Shown here piece by piece: positions 41,001 to 49,481 of a stretch of DNA of 64,000 bases (position 1 is its first letter; each line of letters opens with the position of its first letter). The position numbers and the translations under genes were made by a program. The DNA lies in NCBI GenBank assembly GCA_023150875.1, contig JAKLKC010000038.1, positions 2,408 to 66,407 on the forward strand, written 5' to 3'. The stretch is from Myxococcota bacterium. GTDB lineage: Bacteria; Myxococcota_A; UBA796; UBA9615; JAKLKC01. The notes under the pieces were generated by a model. The model was given only the letters and a program-made list of their open reading frames with translations, had not been told where the DNA came from and did no database searches.

Positions 41001-41589
41001 CTCGGGCCCCGTCTCGGGGGCGACGGCGGTGATCCGGGGCGACGTGGCCGAGGCGCAGTTCGGGGACGAGATCCGGTCCTGGGACGCGGACGGAGACGGC
41101 CTGGCGGACATCGTGGTCGCCTCGATCCTCGACGACACCACCGGGACCGACGCCGGCGCGGTCTACGTCTTCCTGGGGGCGGAGGGGCTGTCGGGGGAGC
41201 TGGAGTCCTCCGCCGACGCCTTCCTGGTCACCCGGGGGGAGGAGGCGTCCGCCGCCGCCGGGCGGTCCCTCGCGGTGCTGCCCGACTGGGACGGGGACGG
41301 GATCGACGAGCTGGTGATCGGCCAGTCCGCCGCGACGGAGCCGAGCTTCAAGGAGGGGGTGGTCTGCGTCCTGCTGACCACCCAGCCCTGGCCGTCGGGG
41401 CTGGGGAGCGCCGCCCTGCGGATGAGCGGCCCGGAGTCCAACGACAACGCCGGCACGGCGGTGGCGGTGGTGCCGGACTTCGACGGTGACGGCTACGACG
41501 ACCTCCTCATCGGCGCCGAGCTGGGCGAGGGCATCGAGCACGACAGCGGCACCGCCTACCTGGTGGGCCGTACCCTCTTTCCCTGGTAG
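38095..41589 (+). CDS. large surface lipoprotein: tandem Ig-like domains + FG-GAP (integrin-alpha-like) repeats
   Basis: LAAGGC lipobox. Repeated ITSPADG/HVITLTATD units and DADGDxxxYxYxW units. About 7 DxDGDGxxDLxVGA repeats. Confidence 0.88.
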   Translation: MNARCWTPLMMAGIALAAGGCKTLSNDSRQDPQISITSPADGYQVVTGAPVQFVARVEDDSPDLDSIEVVWSSDVDDELFRGNLDSQGVSQFTTTGLSSATHVITATATDLDGDQGMVSVTVTVDPNSAPELVLTSPTSGASFPSNSVVPVSGTVSDGQDAPGQLRITVSSSLSVDPLVADLAPANDGTFSVSVFLGEGAQTLTVAATDRGGLTDSEEVDLTVVPADEVPECEILSPASGSVTPPDTTIEGTASDGEDAAGDLVVTLSSNVGGPLGSPVPDANGDFQWPVTLASGSHVLTLRVEDSQAQYCEDSVTVTVSGAPAVSIDSPADGTVFSAGSSITLSGMVSDSEDPPPDLEIAWTSSLVVDPLSTTPAGGSGTTIAQLAAGLENGIHVITLTATDTDGQVGSDSITLVVNGSPGSPAVAIVPESPYTTDDLVVAITADAIDPDGDPVTYRYEWYLNNVVDPSLTTDTVSSSLTTKGQIWKVRVYASDGIGEGPAAQAQVTVQNSLPVVDGATLSPDPATDGQAITATPGTYSDADGDAVTLRYRWYVNGTNLGPNSDSLTPSNFVRGDEVWVTVTGSDGAEGPAAESAHLVVQNALPTTPTVTLSPSPATPGTDLVCSRGNSVDADGDALTYEFAWDVDGAPRADLAGLQTVPGSELLTGQVWTCSVTPWDGIDYGVAGSASATVGEVVYPVVRDLAGAALVLDGQSGNDRFGAAATSGDLNADGWPDLVVGAPKRDSGSDVDTGAVYVFFGSGDGFPASLGADSADVVLTGTHAGGLAGTEVRADGDANGDGRADLLVGVPADDTAGNNGGAVFVLFGGPGFVDESSALWDVADVALVAESADDKAGTSVAYVPDIDGDGDDEVLVGAPDTGSGIDTAQTGTVYLVLGDPALGGTFPLGDADARYEGLATLNRCGQSVAGLGDVDGDSVPDFAIGATKESTTATNGGTVYFYSGATALAASGPVSGATAVIRGDVAEAQFGDEIRSWDADGDGLADIVVASILDDTTGTDAGAVYVFLGAEGLSGELESSADAFLVTRGEEASAAAGRSLAVLPDWDGDGIDELVIGQSAATEPSFKEGVVCVLLTTQPWPSGLGSAALRMSGPESNDNAGTAVAVVPDFDGDGYDDLLIGAELGEGIEHDSGTAYLVGRTLFPW

Positions 41590-41689
41590 CCCCGTTGCCC
41601 TTGGCTTCCGGGGGGCCCTGTGGCATCCTCCTCGGCCGCGCTGCTCGATCCGCCGGAGCGGAGGCGAGGAGCCACTCCCGGAGCGCCCG

Positions 41690-42400
41690 ATGAACCGTTC
41701 GACCCTCGCCCTGGCCGGGATCCCGCTGCTCCTCGCCCTCGGGGCCACGGCCCACGCCGCCAAGAAGGACGAGCCGACCCTCTTCGAGGTCCCCCGCTCG
41801 AACGGGATGTACGACGCCCGGGGCGCCGGGGCGGACCGCGTGCCCGATCTGCGGCGGATCCACGCCCACGCGCGTCCCGACGGACTCGAGGTCGGCCTGC
41901 GCCTCCACGAGGACGTGCCCGCCTGGGAGCACCTCGTCCAGGTGCTCGTCGCCAAGAAGGACGGGAAGGAGCCCGATCGCGTCGTCCGGATCCGCTCCGC
42001 CACGGAGTGGGTGGTGAAGGCCGCCGAGGAGAAGCCCGAGGGGAAGGACGCGAAGGCCGAGAAGGCCGAGAAGGCGGCCAAGGACGACAAGCCCAAGGAG
42101 AAGTACCCGCGGGAGGTCGCCACCGGCGCTCTGGTCCGCGAGGGCGCCTCCTACACCTTCACCGTCCCGTGGTCCGCGCTCCCCGAAGGCGATCTCTGGG
42201 TGTGGGCCGAGGCCCAGGACTGGGATCCCGAGGCCCGGTCCATCGCCGAGGCCGCCGCCAAGGAGTCCGAGGGGGCCGCCGAGGGGGCCAAGTCCAAGAA
42301 GGCCGAGAAGAAGCCCATGGAGCCCCTCAACCTCTCGGACCGGGCCCCCGACGGGTCCCGGGTGCTCCTGGTCTCGCGGGGCGCGCCGGACCAGAGCTAG
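41690..42400 (+). CDS. hypothetical exported protein
   Basis: Signal peptide MNRSTLALAGIPLLLALGATAHA, with Lys/Glu/Ala-rich insertions. Confidence 0.7.
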   Translation: MNRSTLALAGIPLLLALGATAHAAKKDEPTLFEVPRSNGMYDARGAGADRVPDLRRIHAHARPDGLEVGLRLHEDVPAWEHLVQVLVAKKDGKEPDRVVRIRSATEWVVKAAEEKPEGKDAKAEKAEKAAKDDKPKEKYPREVATGALVREGASYTFTVPWSALPEGDLWVWAEAQDWDPEARSIAEAAAKESEGAAEGAKSKKAEKKPMEPLNLSDRAPDGSRVLLVSRGAPDQS

Positions 42401-42422
42401 GGGCGCACGCCCCCTCCTGGCC

Positions 42423-44486
42423 TCAGGACCAGCCCACCTCGATCAGGTACTTCGACTCGTCGATCTGGATCCCCACCTCCAGGTCCCCGGCGATCAGCCC
42501 CACGGGGTAGCGGATCCCCGCGAAGAGCTTCCGCAGGTCGGCGTCGGGGGCCGCCTCGCCCTCGGTGTCGGGGTGGACCTCGCGGGAGCGGTCCCGCCAC
42601 CGACGGCGGGTCAGGCGGCGGCCCTCCTTCTCCTCCTCGAACACCGCGCCCAGGAAGTGGAAGAGGGCGGGGCGCAGGGGCAGCGGAGGCAGGCTCACCC
42701 TCCCGCCGCCCCGGGCGGGGCTGTTCAGGACCAGGTCCCCTCCCCACTCGTCCGTGGGCTGGGAGGCGGGCTTGAGCACGGCCTTGACGGTGGAACCGGC
42801 CCGGGGCGAGGCCCGGCGGCACCCCTCCAGGTACGCGGAGTAGAGGTCCAGGACCTCCCGGGGCTGGCCCGCCAGGCGGTCCCGCACCGGCCCCAGGTCC
42901 ACCGACTGGAGCGTGTATCCGTTGGCGCGCCGGCCCCGGGCGATGGGCAGGTGCGCGGCGAGGGTCTCGTCGTCGGGGCAGGCCCCCGCCTTCTTGAGGC
43001 TGCTCTTGAGCTCCCAGAAGAGGGCCGTGGCCTTGGGGGGGCGGTGGGTGACGTCGTCCCGGGCCAGGATGGCGTGGATCGCGTAGGCCGCCGCCCACGC
43101 CTGGATCCCCGGGAACCGCTCGTCGATGGCGTTCTCCAGGGCCAGGCGGGCCAGCCAGTAGCTCTGGGGTCCGACGGGCACCGGCACGTCGTTCCACAGC
43201 AGGCGCCCCACGATCTTCGCCCGCCGGTTCTCCTCCACGAGGTCCACCCGCGCCAGGGCCACCGCCGCTCCCGCGGCCTCGGACGGAGTCTCGCGGCGGT
43301 CCAGCCAGCGCCCGAAGAGGGGCTCCGCCAGGCTGGTGGTCCCCTTCTCGTCCCGGCGCAGGTAGCCCAGGCGGACCAGCATCCGCTGGTCGGCGATGTC
43401 CAGGTCGGCGATGGGGGCGGGGTTCCCCCGGGCGAGGGACTGCAGCGCCGCCGTCTCGTGGGGATCCAGGTGGTCCAGGTCGAACTGGAGGGCCCGCATC
43501 TCGGGCATCGAGGAGATGTCCAGCAGCGCGTCCACCGCCCGGGAGAGGGCCGGTCCCTTCAGGCCCGCGTCCCGCAACGGGGCGTGGATCCCGCCCCCCG
43601 CGGCGATCCGCGCCGCGACGTCCGCGGCGGCCTTCCGGTCCAGGGCGGTGGCGAGGGCCTCGGTGGCGTGGGGGGACGAGGGGCTCAGCACGATGTGGCA
43701 GAGGGTGTGGATCAGCCACGGGTGGCCGCCGGTGCGGGCCAGGACGGCGTCCTGGTCCTCGGCGGCGTCGAAGCCCTGGGCCACGAGGTGCCGGGCCCCG
43801 TCGGGCTCCAGCGCCCCCAGGTAGGCGACCCGGAACAGCTCCAGGAACGGCGAGACCAGGGTCCCGGCGTCGAAGCGGCGCAGCAGGGTCTTCACCGAGG
43901 CCATCACGCAGCGCACCCGCCCCTGGCCCCGCTCCACCAGGTCCCTCACCCCCAGGAGGGCCTGGTCCAGGGTGTCGGTCCCCGACGGATCCGACGGGGC
44001 CATCACCGCCTCCGCCTCGTCCACCAGCAGGTAGACCACCGGCGGGCGGGGCTGATCCGACCAGTGCAGCAGGCAGTCCTCGACGTGGTCCAGCACCTCG
44101 GGGGAGGGCGCCCCCGCGGCGGGCCCGGGGGGCAGGGCCAGGCCCGCCCTCTGGCAGGCGCGGCGGAAGGTCCGCAGGAGCTGGCGGGCGAAGCCGGGAC
44201 CGCTGGGGTCGTAGGCCATGTTGAGGAAGACCGGCACCGCCGGCTCCCCGTCGGGTCCGCCATGGAGGAGCTGTCGCTCCACCGCCTTGAGGAGGGACGT
44301 CTTGCCCATGCGCCGTCGGCCGACGATCCACACCGAGCTTCGCGCCCCCGCCAGGGTGCGGGTGAGGACGGCGCGGCCGACGTAGCGGTCCCCGTCGGCC
44401 CACATCCCCGGGGAGAAGCGGTCGGCGCGGGTGGGGCCGCCGCCGGTCCAGGGGTTCGTGCCGGAGTCGCCAGTTCGGGATGTCAT
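42423..44486 (-). CDS. STAND-like P-loop NTPase with C-terminal winged-helix-like modules
   Basis: NPWTGGGP...YVGR, Walker A GRRRMGKTS, Walker B YLLVDEAE, TGGHPW (GxP). C-terminal ELKSSLKK...RGRRANGYTL resembles the OmpR-type wing. Confidence 0.8.
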   Translation of the reverse strand: MTSRTGDSGTNPWTGGGPTRADRFSPGMWADGDRYVGRAVLTRTLAGARSSVWIVGRRRMGKTSLLKAVERQLLHGGPDGEPAVPVFLNMAYDPSGPGFARQLLRTFRRACQRAGLALPPGPAAGAPSPEVLDHVEDCLLHWSDQPRPPVVYLLVDEAEAVMAPSDPSGTDTLDQALLGVRDLVERGQGRVRCVMASVKTLLRRFDAGTLVSPFLELFRVAYLGALEPDGARHLVAQGFDAAEDQDAVLARTGGHPWLIHTLCHIVLSPSSPHATEALATALDRKAAADVAARIAAGGGIHAPLRDAGLKGPALSRAVDALLDISSMPEMRALQFDLDHLDPHETAALQSLARGNPAPIADLDIADQRMLVRLGYLRRDEKGTTSLAEPLFGRWLDRRETPSEAAGAAVALARVDLVEENRRAKIVGRLLWNDVPVPVGPQSYWLARLALENAIDERFPGIQAWAAAYAIHAILARDDVTHRPPKATALFWELKSSLKKAGACPDDETLAAHLPIARGRRANGYTLQSVDLGPVRDRLAGQPREVLDLYSAYLEGCRRASPRAGSTVKAVLKPASQPTDEWGGDLVLNSPARGGGRVSLPPLPLRPALFHFLGAVFEEEKEGRRLTRRRWRDRSREVHPDTEGEAAPDADLRKLFAGIRYPVGLIAGDLEVGIQIDESKYLIEVGWS

Positions 44487-44508
44487 TCGGGGTCGCGGGG
44501 CGGGAAGG

Positions 44509-47500
44509 TCACGCGGCATCGAGCCGGGCGCTCTGCCCGCCGTACTGCTCCTGGAAATAGCGTTCGACGAATGAGGGGGGCACCGGGGTCTCGGGCCGGA
44601 TCCGCGTCTCGGTGCAGTAGCGGCGCCACCCCGCGATGATATCCGAACAGAGCCGTTGGATGCGAAGGGGGCGACAACCGGTGTAGAGACAGATGAGGTC
44701 CACGGAGGACGTGTCGTAGTTGACCCCGTCCGCCCGGGAGGGCTTCTGCACCAGCTCCCGGGCGTCCGCGTCGTCCAGGGGGCCCAGCACCAGGATCCGC
44801 CCGATCCCCAGCAGGTCGCTGTTGGGCCCCTGGGTCTGGCCGTATCGGGTCAGGTCCACCCCGGCGATGATCAGGCCGAAGACGTCGGGGTACTCCGAGG
44901 CGAGGTGCCGGCAGCCCTGGGCGATCCGCGTCCCCTCGTCGCCGAGGTCGTGGAAGAGGCGCTGGGCCTCGTCCAGCAGGAGCAGCACCCGGCGCTTGCG
45001 CCGGTCCTGGAGGAGGTAGAAGAGCTCGACGATGACGTCCCGGGCCGCGATCTCGGACTCGACCCGGTCGAGACCGATGGAGTCCCGGTCCTCCTGGGGC
45101 AGGGCGATGTCGGTGGCGATCTTGTTGAGGAGCTGGCGGAAGAAGTGGGACCCGTCGGCGCACTGCTCCATGGACAGGTAGACCGGCATGTCGGCGCCGG
45201 TGGCGACGACGTCGGGGGTCTCCAGGATCCGCTTGAGCTTGAACAGCAGGCTGGTCTTGCCGATCCGCTTGTCGCCGGAGATGGTCACCACGGCGCGGTT
45301 GCGGACCGCCAGCAGCAGCTCGGCGATCTGGTGCCTCCGGCCGAAGAACATGGCGTCGTCCCGCAGCGGCATGCCGATCACGTAGCGGGTGTCCATGACC
45401 TGGATCCGCTCCTCGAGGTCGTCCACCTGCCACTGGAGGTCCACCACCTGCCCCTCCAGCTCCCGCTCCCTCCGCCGGCCGCGCAACGCCACGGCCCAGC
45501 CGAGGCCGACGGTGAGCAGGGCGAAACCCATGTGGGGCGACGAGAGGTGGAGCCGCCAGTCCACCAGGGGATCGCTCACCCGCCCGTCGGCGGCGACGGT
45601 CTGCACCTGGCAGCGGCTCAGGACCCGCCACCCCACGTCGATGGGGAGGCTCATGGAGGTGGTCCGCCGGGGGCTCTCGCCGCAACTGTAGAGGAGCTCG
45701 GCGGGGCGGGGCTCCCACCGGTCCAGGCCGTGGCCCACCGAGGTCCGGGCCACCAGCCCCGGCGAGAGGGAGAAGAGGGGCCCGGCGAGGTCCAGGACCC
45801 CCGGCACCACCATCTGGGGGCCCAGGACCCACCGGGAGTCCCCCGCGGCGTCCACCAGGCGGAACCAGGTCTGGCCCAGGCGGTCCTCCAGGGCCCGGGA
45901 CACCCGCCAGCCGTGGCCGGCCCGGGCGTAGGTGGACCCCGGCAGCGCGTCGCCGGCCCGCCCCACCACGTCGCCGAGCTGGAACCACACGCCCCCGTCG
46001 GACGTGGTCATCAGCACCCGGGCGGCGCGACCCAGCTCCCCGAGGGGCTGGGGAGAGGGCGTCCACTCGGGGTAGCCCGAGGGTGCCCGGGTGGCCGAGC
46101 CGATCCGCCAACCGAGGGAGGGCGGATCGGACGTCGGCAGGGGGGCGAGCCAGCGGAGACCGACGCCGTCGGAGCCCGCCAGGCGGACGCCGCCGCGGGA
46201 GTCGGGCATCGGCTCGATGAGGCAGGTGCGGCTCGGGTTCGAGGGGCAATGCAGCTTGGGGGCCCGGGTGAGCTGGGGCGCGCCCTCCCGGGTCCGGACG
46301 AGGTGCCACATCTCGCCGCCGGTGGGGGAGGCCACGATCACGGTGGCCGCACCCCGCTCCGCCTCAGGTCCCGCGTGGAGCGACGGCGACTCCGGGAGAA
46401 AGCCCTTGGGGTAGGGCCACGTCCGGACCTGCCAGCCCGTCGGGTCCCGGGACCACAGGGCGAGGCCGTGGCCGGTCCACGCCACGACGTCGTCCCCCCA
46501 TCGGTCGATGGGGGGAAGGCGGCCGGGCCCCTCCAGCAGCTCGGGGGGGAGGAGGCCGGCGGGGGCGGGCGCGCACCAGCCGCCGGTACACGTCAGCAGG
46601 TCCTGGCCCCCCCCGGGCAGGCGGATCAGGACGTCCCGGCCGAAGGGCACCACCTCCACGCCCGCGGCCGCCACCGCCTCCACGGGCCGGTAGTCCAGGG
46701 GGAAGCGGACCATGGAGCGCTCGGGCTGCCCGGTGCGGACCCCGACCCCCCACATCCGCCCAGCGCCGTCCCGGTAGAGGGACTCGATCCAGGCTCCCGA
46801 GGGTGCCTCGGGGATGGGGTGGACCGCGCCAGTGCCCGGCGTCCACGCCTGAAGCCCCCGGGAGTCGGCGGGCCCGAACCACACCAGCCCGTGGGGATCG
46901 ACCTCCACCACCCGGATGGAGGGGATCCCCGGGGCGAAGGTCGGGAGCGGCGCGGCCGCGGCCGGCGACCCTTCGGGAGGGCGGGGAGACTCGGCCCCTC
47001 CCCCGCTCCAGCGCGCCACCCGCTCCACCTTCGCCCCTTCCCGGGCCAGCGCCACCCGCAGGAGCTCCCCGCCGGCGGTGCCGGCGAAGACCTCGCCGGC
47101 GGCCCGGGTCCCCGCCGAGAGGGCGGTGATGGCGCGCCCCGCCGTCTCCTCGAGGCGTCGGGGGGCGGCCCAGCGCCGGGCGGGCTCCACGACGAAGAGG
47201 CCCCGATCGGTGCCCACCAGCAGGGGGCCGCCGGGCACGCCGTGGACGCGCCGGATCACCGCGACGGAGGTGAGGGGATCGGGGAACTTCACGCCGATGG
47301 ACAGGGCGACGTCCGCTCCCACCAAGGGGACCCGCAGCAGGCGCCCCCGGTCCTCCCGGTCGCTGACCACGAGCCAGATCGCCGCGTCCTCACCGGTGGC
47401 GGAGTCGTCCAACTCCGCGTCACGTATGATGAATTCTCCATCCGGAAGCGAGATCTGGGCCTCGCTCGCCACCTGCCAGGCCCTGGCCTTCCGCACCCGC

Positions 47501-48219
47501 CCCGGGGCGATGGGCTGGTCGTCCTGCCGGGGCAGGCGCAGCTCCCGCACCTGGAGGGTGGGGCTGAGGTCCGGGCGGCTCGCGGGGAGGACGGCGACCT
47601 CGTAGGCGGTGTCCCCGCTGAGCCGCATGACCCGGTCCGTCGCCCCCTGGGAGCGCCAGCCGTCGTCGGAGAGCTGCCAGCCGTCCACCCGGGCGTCGTA
47701 CCGGTAGAGGCGCCCCTCGTCGGTGAGCCACACCCGCCCGTAGAGGTCCTCGCCGAGGGTGGGCTGGGCGAAGGCCCGGGGGTAGAAGAGGGGGCCGGTC
47801 TCCCGGGCCAGGGGGGGCCAGTCCTTGCGGTCGGGGCTCCCGTGCCCGGGTCGGGCGGGGGTGGCGGAGGGGTCGGCGTCGGTGGGCGCGGGGGTGGGGT
47901 GTGGCGCGGCCTTCCGGACGGAGCGCCCCCTGCCGCCACGGCCCGGGGCGCGGGGAGAGGCGGCAGGACCATCGGACGGGGTCGCCTGGGGGCCGCGGGG
48001 TACGGGGCCCCAGACGGCCCCCTCGGGGGGAGGCGAGGTCTGGCGCCACACGTCACCGGCCGCGGCGGGGGGCGGAGGAGCGGCCGGGGCCCCGGTCCAA
48101 GGGCTCGCCGGCTCGGGCGGGGGCTGCTGGGGGAGCGCGGGGGCGGGAAGCAGCGCCAGGACGGCGCCGAGGGCGGCGGACAGGGGGATCGACGGGGCCG
48201 CGCGGGCCCGCGTCCGCAT
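44509..48219 (-). CDS. transmembrane receptor-like protein: signal peptide, Pro-rich linker, beta-propeller, single TM, cytoplasmic STAND-like NTPase
   Basis: Repeats EDLYGRVW, VDPHGLVWFG, RDGAGRMWG, TSDGGVWF, EDRLGQTWF. TM GFALLTVGLGWAVAL followed by RGRRR. Then YVIGMPLRDDAMFFGR, GDKRIGKTS, LLLLDEAQ, TGCRP. Confidence 0.8.
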   Translation of the reverse strand: MRTRARAAPSIPLSAALGAVLALLPAPALPQQPPPEPASPWTGAPAAPPPPAAAGDVWRQTSPPPEGAVWGPVPRGPQATPSDGPAASPRAPGRGGRGRSVRKAAPHPTPAPTDADPSATPARPGHGSPDRKDWPPLARETGPLFYPRAFAQPTLGEDLYGRVWLTDEGRLYRYDARVDGWQLSDDGWRSQGATDRVMRLSGDTAYEVAVLPASRPDLSPTLQVRELRLPRQDDQPIAPGRVRKARAWQVASEAQISLPDGEFIIRDAELDDSATGEDAAIWLVVSDREDRGRLLRVPLVGADVALSIGVKFPDPLTSVAVIRRVHGVPGGPLLVGTDRGLFVVEPARRWAAPRRLEETAGRAITALSAGTRAAGEVFAGTAGGELLRVALAREGAKVERVARWSGGGAESPRPPEGSPAAAAPLPTFAPGIPSIRVVEVDPHGLVWFGPADSRGLQAWTPGTGAVHPIPEAPSGAWIESLYRDGAGRMWGVGVRTGQPERSMVRFPLDYRPVEAVAAAGVEVVPFGRDVLIRLPGGGQDLLTCTGGWCAPAPAGLLPPELLEGPGRLPPIDRWGDDVVAWTGHGLALWSRDPTGWQVRTWPYPKGFLPESPSLHAGPEAERGAATVIVASPTGGEMWHLVRTREGAPQLTRAPKLHCPSNPSRTCLIEPMPDSRGGVRLAGSDGVGLRWLAPLPTSDPPSLGWRIGSATRAPSGYPEWTPSPQPLGELGRAARVLMTTSDGGVWFQLGDVVGRAGDALPGSTYARAGHGWRVSRALEDRLGQTWFRLVDAAGDSRWVLGPQMVVPGVLDLAGPLFSLSPGLVARTSVGHGLDRWEPRPAELLYSCGESPRRTTSMSLPIDVGWRVLSRCQVQTVAADGRVSDPLVDWRLHLSSPHMGFALLTVGLGWAVALRGRRRERELEGQVVDLQWQVDDLEERIQVMDTRYVIGMPLRDDAMFFGRRHQIAELLLAVRNRAVVTISGDKRIGKTSLLFKLKRILETPDVVATGADMPVYLSMEQCADGSHFFRQLLNKIATDIALPQEDRDSIGLDRVESEIAARDVIVELFYLLQDRRKRRVLLLLDEAQRLFHDLGDEGTRIAQGCRHLASEYPDVFGLIIAGVDLTRYGQTQGPNSDLLGIGRILVLGPLDDADARELVQKPSRADGVNYDTSSVDLICLYTGCRPLRIQRLCSDIIAGWRRYCTETRIRPETPVPPSFVERYFQEQYGGQSARLDAA

Positions 48220-49262
48220 CACTTCAGGGGCCTCCAGGCGGCCCGGGGGATGGCGGCGGAGATCGGCAGGACCTGGGCCGCCAGCACGTATGCGGCGCGC
48301 CGGTTCCGGATCTCGTCGGTGCCGTCCTCGGTGACCACGGCGAGGCCGTCCTCTCCGAACCCCTGGTAGGAGATGGGACCCGCGAACCCCCTCTGGCGGA
48401 AGTACCCGGCGATGGACCGGGCGCGGGACTCGCTCAGTATCTGGTTGCTCCCCCGATCCCCCACCGTGTCCGTATATCCGGCGACGAAGAGCTGGACCTT
48501 CACCAGCCCCCCGTACCGGGCGACGGCCTGGGCGATCCGGTCCCAGGCCCGGTCCAGCTTGGGCCGCTCGGTGGCCTCGATGGCGTGGCTGCCGGTGGCG
48601 AAGACCACCTCCTCGTGGGGGATGTCCAGGGCCCAGGGGGAGATCTCCTCGCTCGCGTAGAAGCCGAACTTGTCGTAGCCCACGACGTCGATGCGGACCA
48701 CCTCCCCCCCCGGGGTCCACGTCACCGGCAGGGGCGTCCCGGGCGCCTCGCCGTCGAACTCCGCCGCCTCCTCGGCGATGGGCCCGTCGGGCCCCAGCAC
48801 GGTGATCTGGACCTTCCCGGCGGGCCGGGTGAGCGTGACCTCCAGCCGCCCCGCCTTCAGGTCGATGGCCTCCCGGGGCACCTTCATCTCGAGCCCCTCC
48901 CCCACGAACACGCTGAAGGACACCGGCACCCGGTACTCCTCCCCGTTGGGGTACACCCCGGCGATCTCCCCCCGGTAGGCGGCCTCCCCCTCGGGCTGGT
49001 CCCAGGTCAGCACCACCGCCTTCCCCCTGGCGGCGGGCTTCCCCCCCAGGACCAGCTCCGTGCCGTCGTCCCGGGTGACCCTCAACGTCAGGCTCTTGAA
49101 GTCCGCCTGGGGCTGGACGGTGACGGTGGGCCTGCCCTTGCCGACCCGGACCACCTGCTCCGCGCGCCAGGTGAACAGGTCCAGGGCGTGGGAGGGGGTG
49201 GGGAGGGTGAGGAGGGTGAGGAGGGTGAGGACGATGACCCCGAGGGCCGTCCTTGCGGCCAT
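48219..49262 (-). CDS. exported protein with C-terminal OmpA-like peptidoglycan-binding domain
   Basis: Signal peptide. FATGS...GYTDTVG...NQILSESRA...GFGE...NRR. Its stop overlaps the next ATG (TGATG). Confidence 0.88.
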   Translation of the reverse strand: MAARTALGVIVLTLLTLLTLPTPSHALDLFTWRAEQVVRVGKGRPTVTVQPQADFKSLTLRVTRDDGTELVLGGKPAARGKAVVLTWDQPEGEAAYRGEIAGVYPNGEEYRVPVSFSVFVGEGLEMKVPREAIDLKAGRLEVTLTRPAGKVQITVLGPDGPIAEEAAEFDGEAPGTPLPVTWTPGGEVVRIDVVGYDKFGFYASEEISPWALDIPHEEVVFATGSHAIEATERPKLDRAWDRIAQAVARYGGLVKVQLFVAGYTDTVGDRGSNQILSESRARSIAGYFRQRGFAGPISYQGFGEDGLAVVTEDGTDEIRNRRAAYVLAAQVLPISAAIPRAAWRPLK

Positions 49263-49481
49263 GCGCCGCGACCCGCGTGGGCGGGCCTCCGGGTCCATGG
49301 GGCCGGCGGGGGAGATCGAGCGGCTCGGCATCGCGGACCACCTCCTGATCGGGGTGACGAGACGCCGTATCCTAACCCACGGCGCCCGTACCCGCGCCGG
49401 AGCTTCGGTTGCGGGTGGATCCCCGCCGGGCGCATACTCGTCCCGGCGGCGCTCGGGGGGGGTAGGGGCGGACGGATCCGG

